A stretch of DNA of 64,000 nt, from contig OZ024759.1 of the NCBI GenBank assembly GCA_964016885.1, positions 5,456,001 through 5,520,000 on the forward strand, read 5' to 3'. This DNA is from Eledone cirrhosa. Taxonomy: Eukaryota. Below, piece by piece: positions 13,901-28,800 of the stretch (within the stretch, counting starts at the first letter, position 1; every line of letters starts with the position of its first letter). The notes beneath the pieces were generated by a model. It was not told the origin of the DNA. It saw nothing but the letters and a program-made list of their open reading frames with translations, and made no database searches. The translations under genes and the position numbers were made by a program.

Positions 13901-16510
13901 CCAATGTTGGTGAGAATTCATTTAAGTCATGGTACTAGCTGTCAGAAGTAACTCCAATGTTGGTGAGAATTCATTTAAGTTCATGGTACTAGCTGTCAGA
14001 AGTAACTCCACTGTTGGTGAGAATTCATTTAAGTTCATGGTATTAGCTGTCAGAAGTAACTCCACTGTTGGTGAGAATTCATTTAAGTCATGGTATTAGC
14101 TGTCAGAAGTAACTCCATTGTTGGTGAGAATTCATTTAAGTCATGGTACTAGCTGTCAGAAGTAACTCCACTGTTGGTCAGAATTCATTTAAGTTCATGG
14201 TACTAGCTGTCAGAAGTAACTCCACTGTTGGTGAGAATTCATTTAAGTTCATGGTATTAGCTGTCAGAAGTAACTCCACTGTTGGTGAGAATTCATTTAA
14301 GTTCATGGTATTAGTTGTCAGAAGTAACTCCAATGTTGGTGAGAATTCATTTAAGTTCATGGTACTAGCTGTCAGACGTAACTACACTGTTGGTGAGAAT
14401 TCATTTAAGTTCATGGTATTAGCTGTCAGAAGTAACTCCACTGTTGGTGAGAATTCATTTAAGTTAATGGTATTAGCTGTCAGAAGTAACTCCACTGTTG
14501 GTGAGAATTCATTTAAGTCATGGTATTAGCTGTCAGAAGTAACTCCAATGTTGGTGAGAATTCATTTAAGTTCATGGTATTAGCTGTCAGAAGGAACTCT
14601 ACTGTTGGTGAGAATTCATTTAAGTTCATGGTATTAGATGTCAGAAGTAACTCCACTGTTGGTGAGAATTCATTTAAGTTCATGGTATTAGCTGTCAGAA
14701 GTAACTCCACTGTTGGTGAGAATTCATTTAAGTTCATGGTTCTAGCTGTCAGAGGTAACTCCAATGTTGGTGAGAATTCATTTAAGTTCATGGTATTAGC
14801 TGTCAGAAGTAACTCCACTGTTGGTGAGAATTCATTTAAGTCCTGGTATTAGCTGTCAGAAGTAACTCCAATGTTGGTGAGAATTCATTTAAGTTCATGG
14901 TATTAGCTGTCAGAAGTAACTCCACTGTTGGTGAGAATTCATTTAAGTTCATGGTATTAGCTGTCAGAAGTAACTCCACTGTTGGTGAGAATTCATTTAA
15001 GTTCATGGTACTAGCTGTCAGAAGTAACTCCAATGTTGGTGAGAATTCATTTAAGTTCATGGTATTAGTTTGTCAGAAGTAACACCACTGTTGGTGAGAA
15101 TTCATTTAAGTCATGGTATTAGTTTTCAGAAGTAACTCCAATGTTGGTGAGAATTCATTTAAGTTCATGGTACTAGCTGTCAGAAGTAACTCCACTGTTG
15201 GTGAGAATTCATTTAAGTTCATGGTATTAGCTGTCAGAAGTAACTCCACTGTTGGTGAGAATTCATTTAAGTCATGGTCTTAGCTGTCAGAAGTAACTCC
15301 AATGTTGGTGAGAATTCATTTAAGTCATGGTACTAGCTGTCAGAAGTAACTCCAATGTTGGTGAGAATTCATTTAAGTTCATGGTATTAGCTGTCAGAAG
15401 TAACTCCACTGTTGGTGAGAATTCATTTAAGTTCATGGTATTAGCTGTCAGAAGTAACTCCACTGTTGGTGAGAATTCATTTAAGTCATGGTATTAGCTG
15501 TCAGAAGTAACTCCAATGTTGGTGAGAATTCATTTAAGTTCATGGTATTAGCTGTCAGAAGTCACTCCACTGTTGGTGAGAATTCATTTAAGTTCATGGT
15601 ACTAGCTGTCAGAAGTAACCCCAATGTTGGTGAGAATTCATTTAAGTTCATGGTATTAGCTGTCAGAAGTCACTCCAATGTTGGTGAGAATTCATTTAAG
15701 TTCATGGTACTAGCTGTCAGAAGTAACTCCACTGTTGGTGAGAATTCATTTAAGTTCATGGTATTAGCTGTCAGAAGTCACTCCAATGTTGGTGAGAATT
15801 CATTTAAGTTCATGGTATTAGCTGTCAGAAGTAACTCCACTGTTGGTGAGAATTCATTTAAGTTCATGGTATTAGCTGTCAGAAGTAACTCCACTGTTGG
15901 TGAGAATTCATTTAAGTTCATGGTACTAGCTGTCAGAAGTAACTCCACTATTGGTGAGAATTCATTTAAGTTCATGGTATTAGCTGTCAGAAGTAACTCC
16001 ACTGTTGGTGAGAATTCATTTAAGTTCATGGTATTAGTTGTCAGAAGTAACTCCAATGTTGGTGAGAATTCATTTAAGTTCATGGTACTAGCTGTCAGAA
16101 GTAACTACACTGTTGGTGAGAATTCATTTAAGTTCATGGTATTAGCTGTCAGAAGTAACTCCACTGTTGGTGAGAATTCATTTAAGTTCATGGTATTAGC
16201 TGTCAGAAGTAACTCCACTGTTGGTGAGAATTCATTTAAGTCATGGTATTAGCTTTCAGAAGTAACTCCACTGTTGGTGAGAATTCATTTAAGTTCATGG
16301 TATTAGCTGTCAGAAGTAACTCCACTGTTGGTGAGAATTCATTTAAGTTCATGGTACTAGCTGTCAGAAGTAACTCCAATGTTGGTGAGAATTCATTTAA
16401 GTTCATGGTATTAGCTGTCAGAAGTAACTCCACTGTTGGTGAGAATTCATTTAAGGCATGGTATTAGCTGTCAGAAGTAACTCCAATGTTGGTGAGAATT
16501 CATTTAAGTT
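8872..16510 (+). repeat. Higher-order duplication, period 3982 bp (about 74 monomers); the second copy has an internal 270-bp (5-monomer) deletion, after which the offset is 3712
   Basis: ORF offsets are 3982 (9248/13230, 9463/13445, 10161/14143, 10538/14520, 11506/15488) and then 3712 (12066/15778, 12531/16243). Confidence 0.88.
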
Positions 16511-19500
16511 CATGGTACTAGCTGTCAGAAGTAACTCCACTGTTGGTGAGAATTCATTTAAGTTCATGGTATTAGCTGTCAGAAGTAACTCCACTGTTGG
16601 TGAGAATTCATTTAAGTCATGGTATTAGCTGTCAGAAGTAACTCCATTGTTGGTGAGAATTCATTTAAGTCATGGTACTAGCTGTCAGAAGTAACTCCAC
16701 TGTTGGTGAGAATTCATTTAAGTTCATGGTACTAGCTGTCAGAAGTAACTCCACTGTTGGTGAGAATTCATTTAAGTTCATGGTATTAGCTGTCAGAAGT
16801 AACTCCACTGTTGGTGAGAATTCATTTAAGTTCATGGTATTAGTTGTCAGAAGTAACTCCAATGTTGGTGAGAATTCATTTAAGTTCATGGTACTAGCTG
16901 TCAGACGTAACTACACTGTTGGTGAGAATTCATTTAAGTTCATGGTATTAGCTGTCAGAAATAACTCCACTGTTGGTGAGAATTCATTTAAGTTCATGGT
17001 ATTAGCTGTCAGAAGTAACTCCACTGTTGGTGAGAATTCATTTAAGTCATGGTATTAGCTGTCAGAAGTAACTCCAATGTTGGTGAGAATTCATTTAAGT
17101 TCATGGTATTAGCTGTCAGAAGGAACTCTACTGTTGGTGAGAATTCATTTAAGTTCATGGTATTAGATGTCAGAAGTAACTCCACTGTTGGTGAGAACTC
17201 ATTTAAGTTCATGGTATTAGCTGTCAGAAGTAACTCCACTGTTGGTGAGAATTCATTTAAGTTCATGGTACTAGCTGTCAGAAGTAACCCCAATGTTGGT
17301 GAGAATTCATTTAAGTTCATGGTATTAGCTGTCAGAAGTCACTCCAATGTTGGTGAGAATTTATTTAAGTTCATGGTATTAGCTGTCAGAAGTAACTCCA
17401 CTGTTGGTGAGAATTCATTTAAGTTCATGGTATTAGCTGTCAGAAGGAACTCCACTGTTGGTGAGAATTCATTTAAGTTCATGGTACTAGCTGTCAGAAG
17501 TAACTCCACTGTTGGTGAGAATTCATTTAAGTTCATGGTATTAGTTTGTCAGAAGTAACACCACTGTTGGTGAGAATTCATTTAAGTCATGGTATTAGTT
17601 TTCAGAAGTAACTCCAATGTTGGTGAGAATTCATTTAAGTTCATGGTACTAGCTGTCAGAAGTAACTCCACTGTTGGTGAGAATTCATTTAAGTTCATGG
17701 TATTAGCTGTCAGAAGTCACTCCAATGTTGGTGAGAATTCATTTAAGTTCATGGTATTAGCTGTCAGAAGTAACTCCACTGTTGTTGAGAATTCATTTAA
17801 GTTCATGGTATTAGCTGTCAGAAGTAACTCCACTGTTGGTGAGAATTCATTTAAGTTCATGGTACTAGCTGTCAGAAGTAACTCCACTATTGGTGAGAAT
17901 TCATTTAAGTTCATGGTATTAGCTGTCAGAAGTAACTCCACTGTTGGTGAGAATTCATTTAAGTTCATGGTATTAGTTGTCAGAAGTAACTCCAATGTTG
18001 GTGAGAATTCATTTAAGTTCATGGTACTAGCTGTCAGAAGTAACTACACTGTTGGTGAGAATTCATTTAAGTTCATGGTATTAGCTGTCAGAAGTAACTC
18101 CACTGTTGGTGAGAATTCATTTAAGTTCATGGTATTAGCTGTCAGAAGTAACTCCACTGTTGGTGAGAATTCATTTAAGTCATGGTATTAGCTTTCAGAA
18201 GTAACTCCACTGTTGGTGAGAATTCATTTAAGTTCATGGTATTAGCTGTCAGAAGTAACTCCACTGTTGGTGAGAATTCATTTAAGTTCATGGTACTAGC
18301 TGTCAGAAGTAACTCCAATGTTGGTGAGAATTCATTTAAGTTCATGGTATTAGCTGTCAGAAGTAACTCCACTGTTGGTGAGAATTCATTTAAGGCATGG
18401 TATTAGCTGTCAGAAGTAACTCCAATGTTGGTGAGAATTCATTTAAGTTCATGGTATTAGCTGTCAGAAGTAACTCCACTGTTGGTGAGAATTCATTTAA
18501 GTTCATGGTATTAGCTGTCAGAAGTAACTCCAATGTTGGTGAGAATTCATTTAAGTTCATGGTATTAGCTGTCAGAAGTAACTCCACTGTTGGTGAGAAT
18601 ACATTTAAGTTCATGGTACTAGTTGTCAGAAGTAACTCCACTGTTGGTGAGAATTCATTTAAGTTCATGGTATTAGTTGTCAGAAGTAACTCCACTGTTG
18701 GTGAGAATTCATTTAAGTCATGGTATTAATTGTCAGAAGTAACTCCAATGTTGGTGAGAATTCATTTAAGTTCATGGTACTAGCTGTCAGAAGTAACTCC
18801 ACTGTTGGTGAGAATTCATTTAAGTTCATGGTATTAGCTGTCAGAAGTAACTCCACTGTTGGTGAGAATTCATTTAAGTCATGGTATTAGCTGTCAGAAG
18901 TAACTCCATTGTTGGTGAGAATTCATTTAAGTTCATGGTATTAGCTGTCAGAAGTAACTCCACTGTTGGTGAGAATTCATTTAAGTTCATGGTTCTAGCT
19001 GTCAGAAGTAACTCCAATGTTGGTGAGAATTCATTTAAGTTCATGGTATTAGCTGTCAGAAGTAACTCCACTGTTGGTGAGAATTCATTTAAGTCATGGT
19101 ATTAGCTGTCAGAAGTAACTCCAATGTTGGTGAGAATTCATTTAAGTTCATGGTATTAGCTGTCAGAAGTAACTCCACTGTTGGTGAGAATTCATTTAAG
19201 TTCATGGTATTAGCTGTCAGAAGTAACTCCACTGTTGGTGAGAATTCATTTAAGTTCATGGTACTAGCTGTCAGAAGTAACTCCACTGTTGGTGAGAATT
19301 CATTTAAGTTCATGGTATTAGTTTGTCAGAAGTAACACCACTGTTGGTGAGAATTCATTTAAGTCATGGTATTAGTTTTCAGAAGTAACTCCAATGTTGG
19401 TGAGAATTCATTTAAGTTCATGGTACTAGCTGTCAGAAGTAACTCCACTGTTGGTGAGAATTCATTTAAGTTCATGGTATTAGCTGTCAGAAGTAACTCC

Positions 19501-21355
19501 ACTGTTGGTGAGAATTCATTTAAGTCATGGTCTTAGCTGTCAGAAGTAACTCCAATGTTGGTGAGAATTCATTTAAGTCATGGTACTAGCTGTCAGAAGT
19601 AACTCCAATGTTGGTGAGAATTCATTTAAGTTCATGGTACTAGCTGTCAGAAGTAACTCCACTGTTGGTGAGAATTCATTTAAGTTCATGGTATTAGCTG
19701 TCAGAAGTAACTCCACTGTTGGTGAGAATTCATTTAAGTCATGGTATTAGCTGTCAGAAGTAACTCCATTGTTGGTGAGAATTCATTTAAGTCATGGTAC
19801 TAGCTGTCAGAAGTAACTCCACTGTTGGTCAGAATTCATTTAAGTTCATGGTACTAGCTGTCAGAAGTAACTCCACTGTTGGTGAGAATTCATTTAAGTT
19901 CATGGTATTAGCTGTCAGAAGTAACTCCACTGTTGGTGAGAATTCATTTAAGTTCATGGTATTAGTTGTCAGAAGTAACTCCAATGTTGGTGAGAATTCA
20001 TTTAAGTTCATGGTACTAGCTGTCAGACGTAACTACACTGTTGGTGAGAATTCATTTAAGTTCATGGTATTAGCTGTCAGAAGTAACTCCACTGTTGGTG
20101 AGAATTCATTTAAGTTAATGGTATTAGCTGTCAGAAGTAACTCCACTGTTGGTGAGAATTCATTTAAGTCATGGTATTAGCTGTCAGAAGTAACTCCAAT
20201 GTTGGTGAGAATTCATTTAAGTTCATGGTATTAGCTGTCAGAAGGAACTCTACTGTTGGTGAGAATTCATTTAAGTTCATGGTATTAGATGTCAGAAGTA
20301 ACTCCACTGTTGGTGAGAATTCATTTAAGTTCATGGTATTAGCTGTCAGAAGTAACTCCACTGTTGGTGAGAATTCATTTAAGTTCATGGTTCTAGCTGT
20401 CAGAGGTAACTCCAATGTTGGTGAGAATTCATTTAAGTTCATGGTATTAGCTGTCAGAAGTAACTCCACTGTTGGTGAGAATTCATTTAAGTCATGGTAT
20501 TAGCTGTCAGAAGTAACTCCAATGTTGGTGAGAATTCATTTAAGTTCATGGTATTAGCTGTCAGAAGTAACTCCACTGTTGGTGAGAATTCATTTAAGTT
20601 CATGGTATTAGCTGTCAGAAGTAACTCCACTGTTGGTGAGAATTCATTTAAGTTCATGGTACTAGCTGTCAGAAGTAACTCCAATGTTGGTGAGAATTCA
20701 TTTAAGTTCATGGTATTAGTTTGTCAGAAGTAACACCACTGTTGGTGAGAATTCATTTAAGTCATGGTATTAGTTTTCAGAAGTAACTCCAATGTTGGTG
20801 AGAATTCATTTAAGTTCATGGTACTAGCTGTCAGAAGTAACTCCACTGTTGGTGAGAATTCATTTAAGTTCATGGTATTAGCTGTCAGAAGTAACTCCAC
20901 TGTTGGTGAGAATTCATTTAAGTCATGGTCTTAGCTGTCAGAAGTAACTCCAATGTTGGTGAGAATTCATTTAAGTCATGGTACTAGCTGTCAGAAGTAA
21001 CTCCAATGTTGGTGAGAATTCATTTAAGTTCATGGTATTAGCTGTCAGAAGTAACTCCACTGTTGGTGAGAATTCATTTAAGTTCATGGTATTAGCTGTC
21101 AGAAGTAACTCCACTGTTGGTGAGAATTCATTTAAGTCATGGTATTAGCTGTCAGAAGTAACTCCAATGTTGGTGAGAATTCATTTAAGTTCATGGTATT
21201 AGCTGTCAGAAGTCACTCCACTGTTGGTGAGAATTCATTTAAGTTCATGGTACTAGCTGTCAGAAGTAACCCCAATGTTGGTGAGAATTCATTTAAGTTC
21301 ATGGTATTAGCTGTCAGAAGTCACTCCAATGTTGGTGAGAATTCATTTAAGTTCA
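11614..21355 (+). repeat. Higher-order duplication, period 5651 bp (about 105 monomers): ~11614-15700 vs ~17265-21355
   Basis: ORF offsets are 5651 (11938/17589, 12746/18397, 13230/18881, 14143/19794, 14520/20171, 15488/21139). The rare AGAGGTAAC variant is shared at 14751/20402. Confidence 0.9.
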
Positions 21356-23889
21356 TGGTATTAGCTGTCAGAAGTAACTCCACTGTTGGTGAGAATTCAT
21401 TTAAGTTCATGGTATTAGCTGTCAGAAGGAACTCCACTGTTGGTGAGAATTCATTTAAGTTCATGGTACTAGCTGTCAGAAGTAACTCCACTGTTGGTGA
21501 GAATTCATTTAAGTTCATGGTATTAGTTTGTCAGAAGTAACACCACTGTTGGTGAGAATTCATTTAAGTCATGGTATTAGATTTCAGAAGTAACTCCAAT
21601 GTTGGTGAGAATTCATTTAAGTTCATGGTACTAGCTGTCAGAAGTAACTCCACTGTTGGTGAGAATTCATTTAAGTTCATGGTATTAGCTGTCAGAAGTC
21701 ACTCCAATGTTGGTGAGAATTCATTTAAGTTCATGGTATTAGCTGTCAGAAGTAACTCCACTGTTGGTGAGAATTCATTTAAGTTCATGGTATTAGCTGT
21801 CAGAAGTAACTCCACTGTTGGTGAGAATTCATTTAAGTTCATGGTACTAGCTGTCAGAAGTAACTCCACTATTGGTGAGAATTCATTTAAGTTCATGGTA
21901 TTAGCTGTCAGAAGTAACTCCACTGTTGGTGAGAATTCATTTAAGTTCATGGTATTAGTTGTCAGAAGTAACTCCAATGTTGGTGAGAATTCATTTAAGT
22001 TCATGGTACTAGCTGTCAGAAGTAACTACACTGTTGGTGAGAATTCATTTAAGTTCATGGTATTAGCTGTCAGAAGTAACTCCACTGTTGGTGAGAATTC
22101 ATTTAAGTTCATGGTATTAGCTGTCAGAAGTAACTCCACTGTTGGTGAGAATTCATTTAAGTCATGGTATTAGCTTTCAGAAGTAACTCCACTGTTGGTG
22201 AGAATTCATTTAAGTTCATGGTATTAGCTGTCAGAAGTAACTCCACTGTTGGTGAGAATTCATTTAAGTTCATGGTACTAGCTGTCAGAAGTAACTCCAA
22301 TGTTGGTGAGAATTCATTTAAGTTCATGGTATTAGCTGTCAGAAGTAACTCCACTGTTGGTGAGAATTCATTTAAGGCATGGTATTAGCTGTCAGAAGTA
22401 ACTCCAATGTTGGTGAGAATTCATTTAAGTTCATGGTATTAGCTCTCAGAAGTAACTCCACTGTTGGTGAGAATACATTTAAGTTCATGGTACTAGTTGT
22501 CAGAAGTAACTCCACTGTTGGTGAGAATTCATTTAAGTTCATGGTATTAGTTGTCAGAAGTAACTCCACTGTTGGTGAGAATTCATTTAAGTCATGGTAT
22601 TAGTTGTCAGAAGTAACTCCAATGTTGGTGAGAATTCATTTAAGTTCATGGTACTAGCTGTCAGAAGTAACTCCACTGTTGGTGAGAATTCATTTAAGTT
22701 CATGGTATTAGCTGTCAGAAGTAACTCCACTGTTGGTGAGAATTCATTTAAGTCATGGTATTAGCTGTCAGAAGTAACTCCATTGTTGGTGAGAATTCAT
22801 TTAAGTCATGGTACTAGCTGTCAGAAGTAACTCCACTGTTGGTGAGAATTCATTTAAGTTCATGGTACTAGCTGTCAGAAGTAACTCCACTGTTGGTGAG
22901 AATTCATTTAAGTTCATGGTATTAGCTGTCAGAAGTAACTCCACTGTTGGTGAGAATTCATTTAAGTTCATGGTATTAGTTGTCAGAAGTAACTCCAATG
23001 TTGGTGAGAATTCATTTAAGTTCATGGTACTAGCTGTCAGACGTAACTACACTGTTGGTGAGAATTCATTTAAGTTCATGGTATTAGCTGTCAGAAATAA
23101 CTCCACTGTTGGTGAGAATTCATTTAAGTTCATGGTATTAGCTGTCAGAAGTAACTCCACTGTTGGTGAGAATTCATTTAAGTCATGGTATTAGCTGTCA
23201 GAAGTAACTCCAATGTTGGTGAGAATTCATTTAAGTTCATGGTATTAGCTGTCAGAAGGAACTCTACTGTTGGTGAGAATTCATTTAAGTTCATGGTATT
23301 AGATGTCAGAAGTAACTCCACTGTTGGTGAGAACTCATTTAAGTTCATGGTATTAGCTGTCAGAAGTAACTCCACTGTTGGTGAGAATTCATTTAAGTTC
23401 ATGGTTCTAGCTGTCAGAAGTAACTCCAATGTTGGTGAGAATTCATTTAAGTTCATGGTATTAGCTGTCAGAAGTAACTCCACTGTTGGTGAGAATTCAT
23501 TTAAGTCATGGTATTAGCTGTCAGAAGTAACTCCAATGTTGGTGAGAATTCATTTAAGTTCATGGTATTAGCTGTCAGAAGTAACTCCACTGTTGGTGAG
23601 AATTCATTTAAGTTCATGGTATTAGCTGTCAGAAGTAACTCCACTGTTGGTGAGAATTCATTTAAGTTCATGGTACTAGCTGTCAGAAGTAACTCCACTG
23701 TTGGTGAGAATTCATTTAAGTTCATGGTATTAGTTTGTCAGAAGTAACACCACTGTTGGTGAGAATTCATTTAAGTCATGGTATTAGTTTTCAGAAGTAA
23801 CTCCAATGTTGGTGAGAATTCATTTAAGTTCATGGTATTAGCTGTCAGAAGTAACTCCACTGTTGGTGAGAATTCATTTAAGTTCATGG

Positions 23890-25870
23890 TATTAGCTGTC
23901 AGAAGTAACTCCACTGTTGGTGAGAATTCATTTAAGTCATGGTATTAGCTGTCAGAAATAACTCCAATGTTGGTGAGAATTCATTTAAGTTCATGGTATT
24001 AGCTGTCAGAAGTCACTCCACTGTTGGTGAGAATTCATTTAAGTTCATGGTACTAGCTGTCAGAAGTAACCCCAATGTTGGTGAGAATTCATTTAAGTTT
24101 ATGGTATTAGCTGTCAGAAGTCACTCCAATGTTGGTGAGAATTCATTTAAGTTCATGGTATTAGCTGTCAGAAGTAACTCCACTGTTGGTGAGAATTCAT
24201 TTAAGTTCATGGTATTAGCTGTCAGAAGGAACTCCACTGTTGGTGAGAATTCATTTAAGTTCATGGTACTAGCTGTCAGAAGTAACTCCACTGTTGGTGA
24301 GAATTCATTTAAGTTCATGGTATTAGTTTGTCAGAAGTAACTCCACTGTTGGTGAGAATTCATTTAAGTCATGGTATTAGTTGTCAGAAGTAACTCCACT
24401 GTTGGTTAGAATTCATTTAAGTTCATGGTATTAGCTGTCAGAAGTAACTCCACTGTTGGTGAGAATTCATTTAAGTCATGGTATTAGCTGTCAGAATGAA
24501 CTCCACTGTTGGTTAGAATTCATTTAAGTTCATGGTATTAGCTGTCAGAAGTAACTCCACTGTTGGTGAGAATTCATTTAAGTTCATGGTACTAGCTGTC
24601 AGAAGTAACTCCAATGTTGGTGAGAATTCATTTAAGTTCATGGTATTAGCTGTCAGAAGTAACTCCACTGTTGGTGAGAATTCATTTAAGTTCATGGTAC
24701 TAGCTGTCAGAAGTAACTCCACTGTTGGTGAGAATTCATTTAAGTTCATGGTATTAGCTGTCAGAAGTAACTCCACTGTTGGTGAGAATTCATTTAAGTT
24801 CATGGTATTAGCTGTCAGAAGTAACTCCACAATTGGTGAGAATTCATTTAAGTTCATGGTATTAGCTGTCAGAAGTAACTCCACTGTTGGTGAGAATTCA
24901 TTTAAGTTCATGGTATTAGCTGTCAGAAGGAACTCCACTGTTGGTGAGAATTCATTTAAGTTCATGGTATTAGCTGTCAGAAGTAACTCCACTGTTGGTG
25001 AGAATTCATTTAAGTCATGGTATTAGCTGTCAGAAATAACTCCAATGTTGGTGAGAATTCATTTAAGTTCATGGTATTAGCTGTCAGAAGTCACTCCACT
25101 GTTGGTGAGAATTCATTTAAGTTCATGGTACTAGCTGTCAGAAGTAACCCCAATGTTGGTGAGAATTCATTTAAGTTTATGGTATTAGCTGTCAGAAGTC
25201 ACTCCAATGTTGGTGAGAATTCATTTAAGTTCATGGTATTAGCTGTCAGAAGTAACTCCACTGTTGGTGAGAATTCATTTAAGTTCATGGTATTAGCTGT
25301 CAGAAGGAACTCCACTGTTGGTGAGAATTCATTTAAGTTCATGGTACTAGCTGTCAGAAGTAACTCCACTGTTGGTGAGAATTCATTTAAGTTCATGGTA
25401 TTAGTTTGTCAGAAGTAACTCCACTGTTGGTGAGAATTCATTTAAGTCATGGTATTAGTTGTCAGAAGTAACTCCACTGTTGGTTAGAATTCATTTAAGT
25501 TCATGGTATTAGCTGTCAGAAGTAACTCCACTGTTGGTGAGAATTCATTTAAGTCATGGTATTAGCTGTCAGAATGAACTCCACTGTTGGTTAGAATTCA
25601 TTTAAGTTCATGGTATTAGCTGTCAGAAGTAACTCCACTGTTGGTGAGAATTCATTTAAGTTCATGGTACTAGCTGTCAGAAGTAACTCCAATGTTGGTG
25701 AGAATTCATTTAAGTTCATGGTATTAGCTGTCAGAAGTAACTCCACTGTTGGTGAGAATTCATTTAAGTTCATGGTACTAGCTGTCAGAAGTAACTCCAC
25801 TGTTGGTGAGAATTCATTTAAGTTCATGGTATTAGCTGTCAGAAGTAACTCCACTGTTGGTGAGAATTCA
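23890..25870 (+). repeat. Local tandem duplication, period 1078 bp (20 monomers)
   Basis: ORF offsets are 1078 (23939/25017, 24121/25199, 24513/25591). Shared variants are AGAAATAAC, AAGTTTATGG and AGAATGAAC...GGTTAGAA. Confidence 0.88.
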
Positions 25871-28800
25871 TTTAAGTTCATGGTATTAGCTGTCAGAAGG
25901 AACTCCACTGTTGGTGAGAATTCATTTAAGTCATGGTATTAGCTGTCAGAAGTAACTCCAATGTTGGTGAGAATTCATTTAAGTTCATGGTATTAGCTGT
26001 CAGAAGTAACTCCACTGTTGGTGAGAATACATTTAAGTTCATGGTACTAGTTGTCAGAAGTAACTCCACTGTTGGTGAGAATTCATTTAAGTTCATGGTA
26101 TTAGTTGTCAGAAGTAACTCCACTGTTGGTGAGAATTCATTTAAGTCATGGTATTAGTTGTCAGAAGTAACTCCAATGTTGGTGAGAATTCATTTAAGTT
26201 CATGGTACTAGCTGTCAGAAGTAACTCCACTGTTGGTGAGAATTCATTTAAGTTCATGGTATTAGCTATCAGAAGTAACTCCACTGTTGGTGAGAATTCA
26301 TTTAAGTCATGGTATTAGCTGTCAGAAGTAACTCCAATGTTGGTGAGAATTCATTTAAGTTCATGGTATTAGCTGTCAGAAGTAACTCCACTGTTGGTGA
26401 GAATTCATTTAAGTTCATGGTACTAGCTGTCAGAAGTAACTCCACTGTTGGTGAGAATTCATTTAAGTTCATGGTATTAGCTGTCAGAAGTAACTCCACT
26501 GTTGGTGAGAATTCATTTAAGTTCATGGTATTAGCTGTCAGAAGTAACTCCACAGTTGGTGAGAATTCATTTAAGTTCATGGTATTAGCTGTCAGAAGTA
26601 ACTCCACTGTTGGTGAGAATTCATTTAAGTTCATGGTATTAGCTGTCAGAAGGAACTCCACTGTTGGTGAGAATTCATTTAAGTCATGGTATTAGCTGTC
26701 AGAAGTAACTCCAATGTTGGTGAGAATTCATTTAAGTTCATGGTATTAGCTGTCAGAAGTAACTCCACTGTTGGTGAGAATACATTTAAGTTCATGGTAC
26801 TAGTTGTCAGAAGTAACTCCACTGTTGGTGAGAATTCATTTAAGTTCATGGTATTAGTTGTCAGAAGTAACTCCACTGTTGGTGAGAATTCATTTAAGTC
26901 ATGGTATTAGTTGTCAGAAGTAACTCCAATGTTGGTGAGAATTCATTTAAGTTCATGGTACTAGCTGTCAGAAGTAACTCCACTGTTGGTGAGAATTCAT
27001 TTAAGTTCATGGTATTAGCTGTCAGAAGTAACTCCACTGTTGGTGAGAATTCATTTAAGTCATGGTATTAGCTGTCAGAAGTAACTCCAATGTTGGTGAG
27101 AATTCATTTAAGTTCATGGTATTAGCTGTCAGAAGTAACTCCACTGTTGGTGAGAATACATTTAAGTTCATGGTACTAGTTGTCAGAAGTAACTCCACTG
27201 TTGGTGAGAATTCATTTAAGTTCATGGTATTAGTTGTCAGAAGTAACTCCACTGTTGGTGAGAATTCATTTAAGTCATGGTATTAGTTGTCAGAAGTAAC
27301 TCCAATGTTGGTGAGAATTCATTTAAGTTCATGGTACTAGCTGTCAGAAGTAACTCCACTGTTGGTGAGAATTCATTTAAGTTCATGGTATTAGCTGTCA
27401 GAACTAATTCCACTGTTGGTGAGAATTCATTTAAGTCATGGTATTAGCTGTCAGAAGTAACTCCATTGTTGGTGAAAATTCATTTAAGTCATGGTACTAG
27501 CTGTCAGAAGTAACTCCACTGTTGGTGAGAATTCATTTAAGTTCATGGTACTAGCTGTCAGAAGTAACTCCACTGTTGGTGAGAATTCATTTAAGTTCAT
27601 GGTATTAGCTGTCAGAAGTAACTCCATTGTTGGTGAGAATTCATTTAAGTTCATGGTATTAGTTGTCAGAAGTAACTCCATTGTTGGTGAGAATTCATTT
27701 AAGTCATGGTACTAGCTGTCAGAAGTAACTCCACTGTTGGTGAGAATTCATTTAAGTTCATGGTACTAGCTGTCAGAAGTAACTCCACTGTTGGTGAGAA
27801 TTCATTTAAGTTCATGGTATTAGCTGTCAGAAGTAACTCCACTGTTGGTGAGAATTCATTTAAGTTCATGGTATTAGCTGTCAGAAGTAACTCCACTGTT
27901 GGTGAGAATTCATTTAAGTTCATGGTATTAGATGTCAGAAGTAACTCCACTGTTGGTGAGAATTCATTTAAGTTCATGGTATTAGCTGTCAGAAGTAACT
28001 CCACTGTTGGTGAGAATTCATTTAAGTTCATGGTTCTAGCTGTCAGAAGTAACTCCAATGTTGGTGAGAATTCATTTAAGTTCATGGTATTAGCTGTCAG
28101 AAGTAACTCCACTGTTGCTGAGAATTCATTTAAGTCATGGTATTAGCTGTCAGAAGTAACTCCAATGTTGGTGAGAATTCATTTAAGTTCATGGTATTAG
28201 CTGTCAGAAGTAACTCCACTGTTGGTGAGAATTCATTTAAGTTCATGGTATTAGCTGTCAGAAGTAACTCCACTGTTGGTGAGAATTCATTTAAGTTCAT
28301 GGTACTAGCTGTCAGAAGTAACTCCACTGTTGGTGAGAATTCATTTAAGTTCATGGTATTAGTTTGTCAGAAGTAACTCCACTGTTGGTGAGAATTCATT
28401 TAAGTCATGGTATTAGTTTTCAGAAGTAACTCCAATGTTGGTGAGAATTCATTTAAGTTCATGGTACTAGCTGTCAGAAGTAACTCCACTGTTGGTGAGA
28501 ATTCATTTAAGTTCATGGTATTAGCTGTCAGAAGTAACTCCACTGTTGGTGAGAATTCATTTAAGTCATGGTATTAGCTGTCAGAAGTAACTCCAATGTT
28601 GGTGAGAATTCATTTAAGTCATGGTACTAGCTGTCAGAAGTAACTCCAATGTTGGTGAGAATTCATTTAAGTTCATGGTATTAGCTGTCAGAAGTAACTC
28701 CACTGTTGGTGAGAATTCATTTAAGTTCATGGTATTAGCTGTCAGAAGTAATTCCACTGTTGGTGAGAATTCATTTAAGTCATGGTATTAGCTGTCAGAA

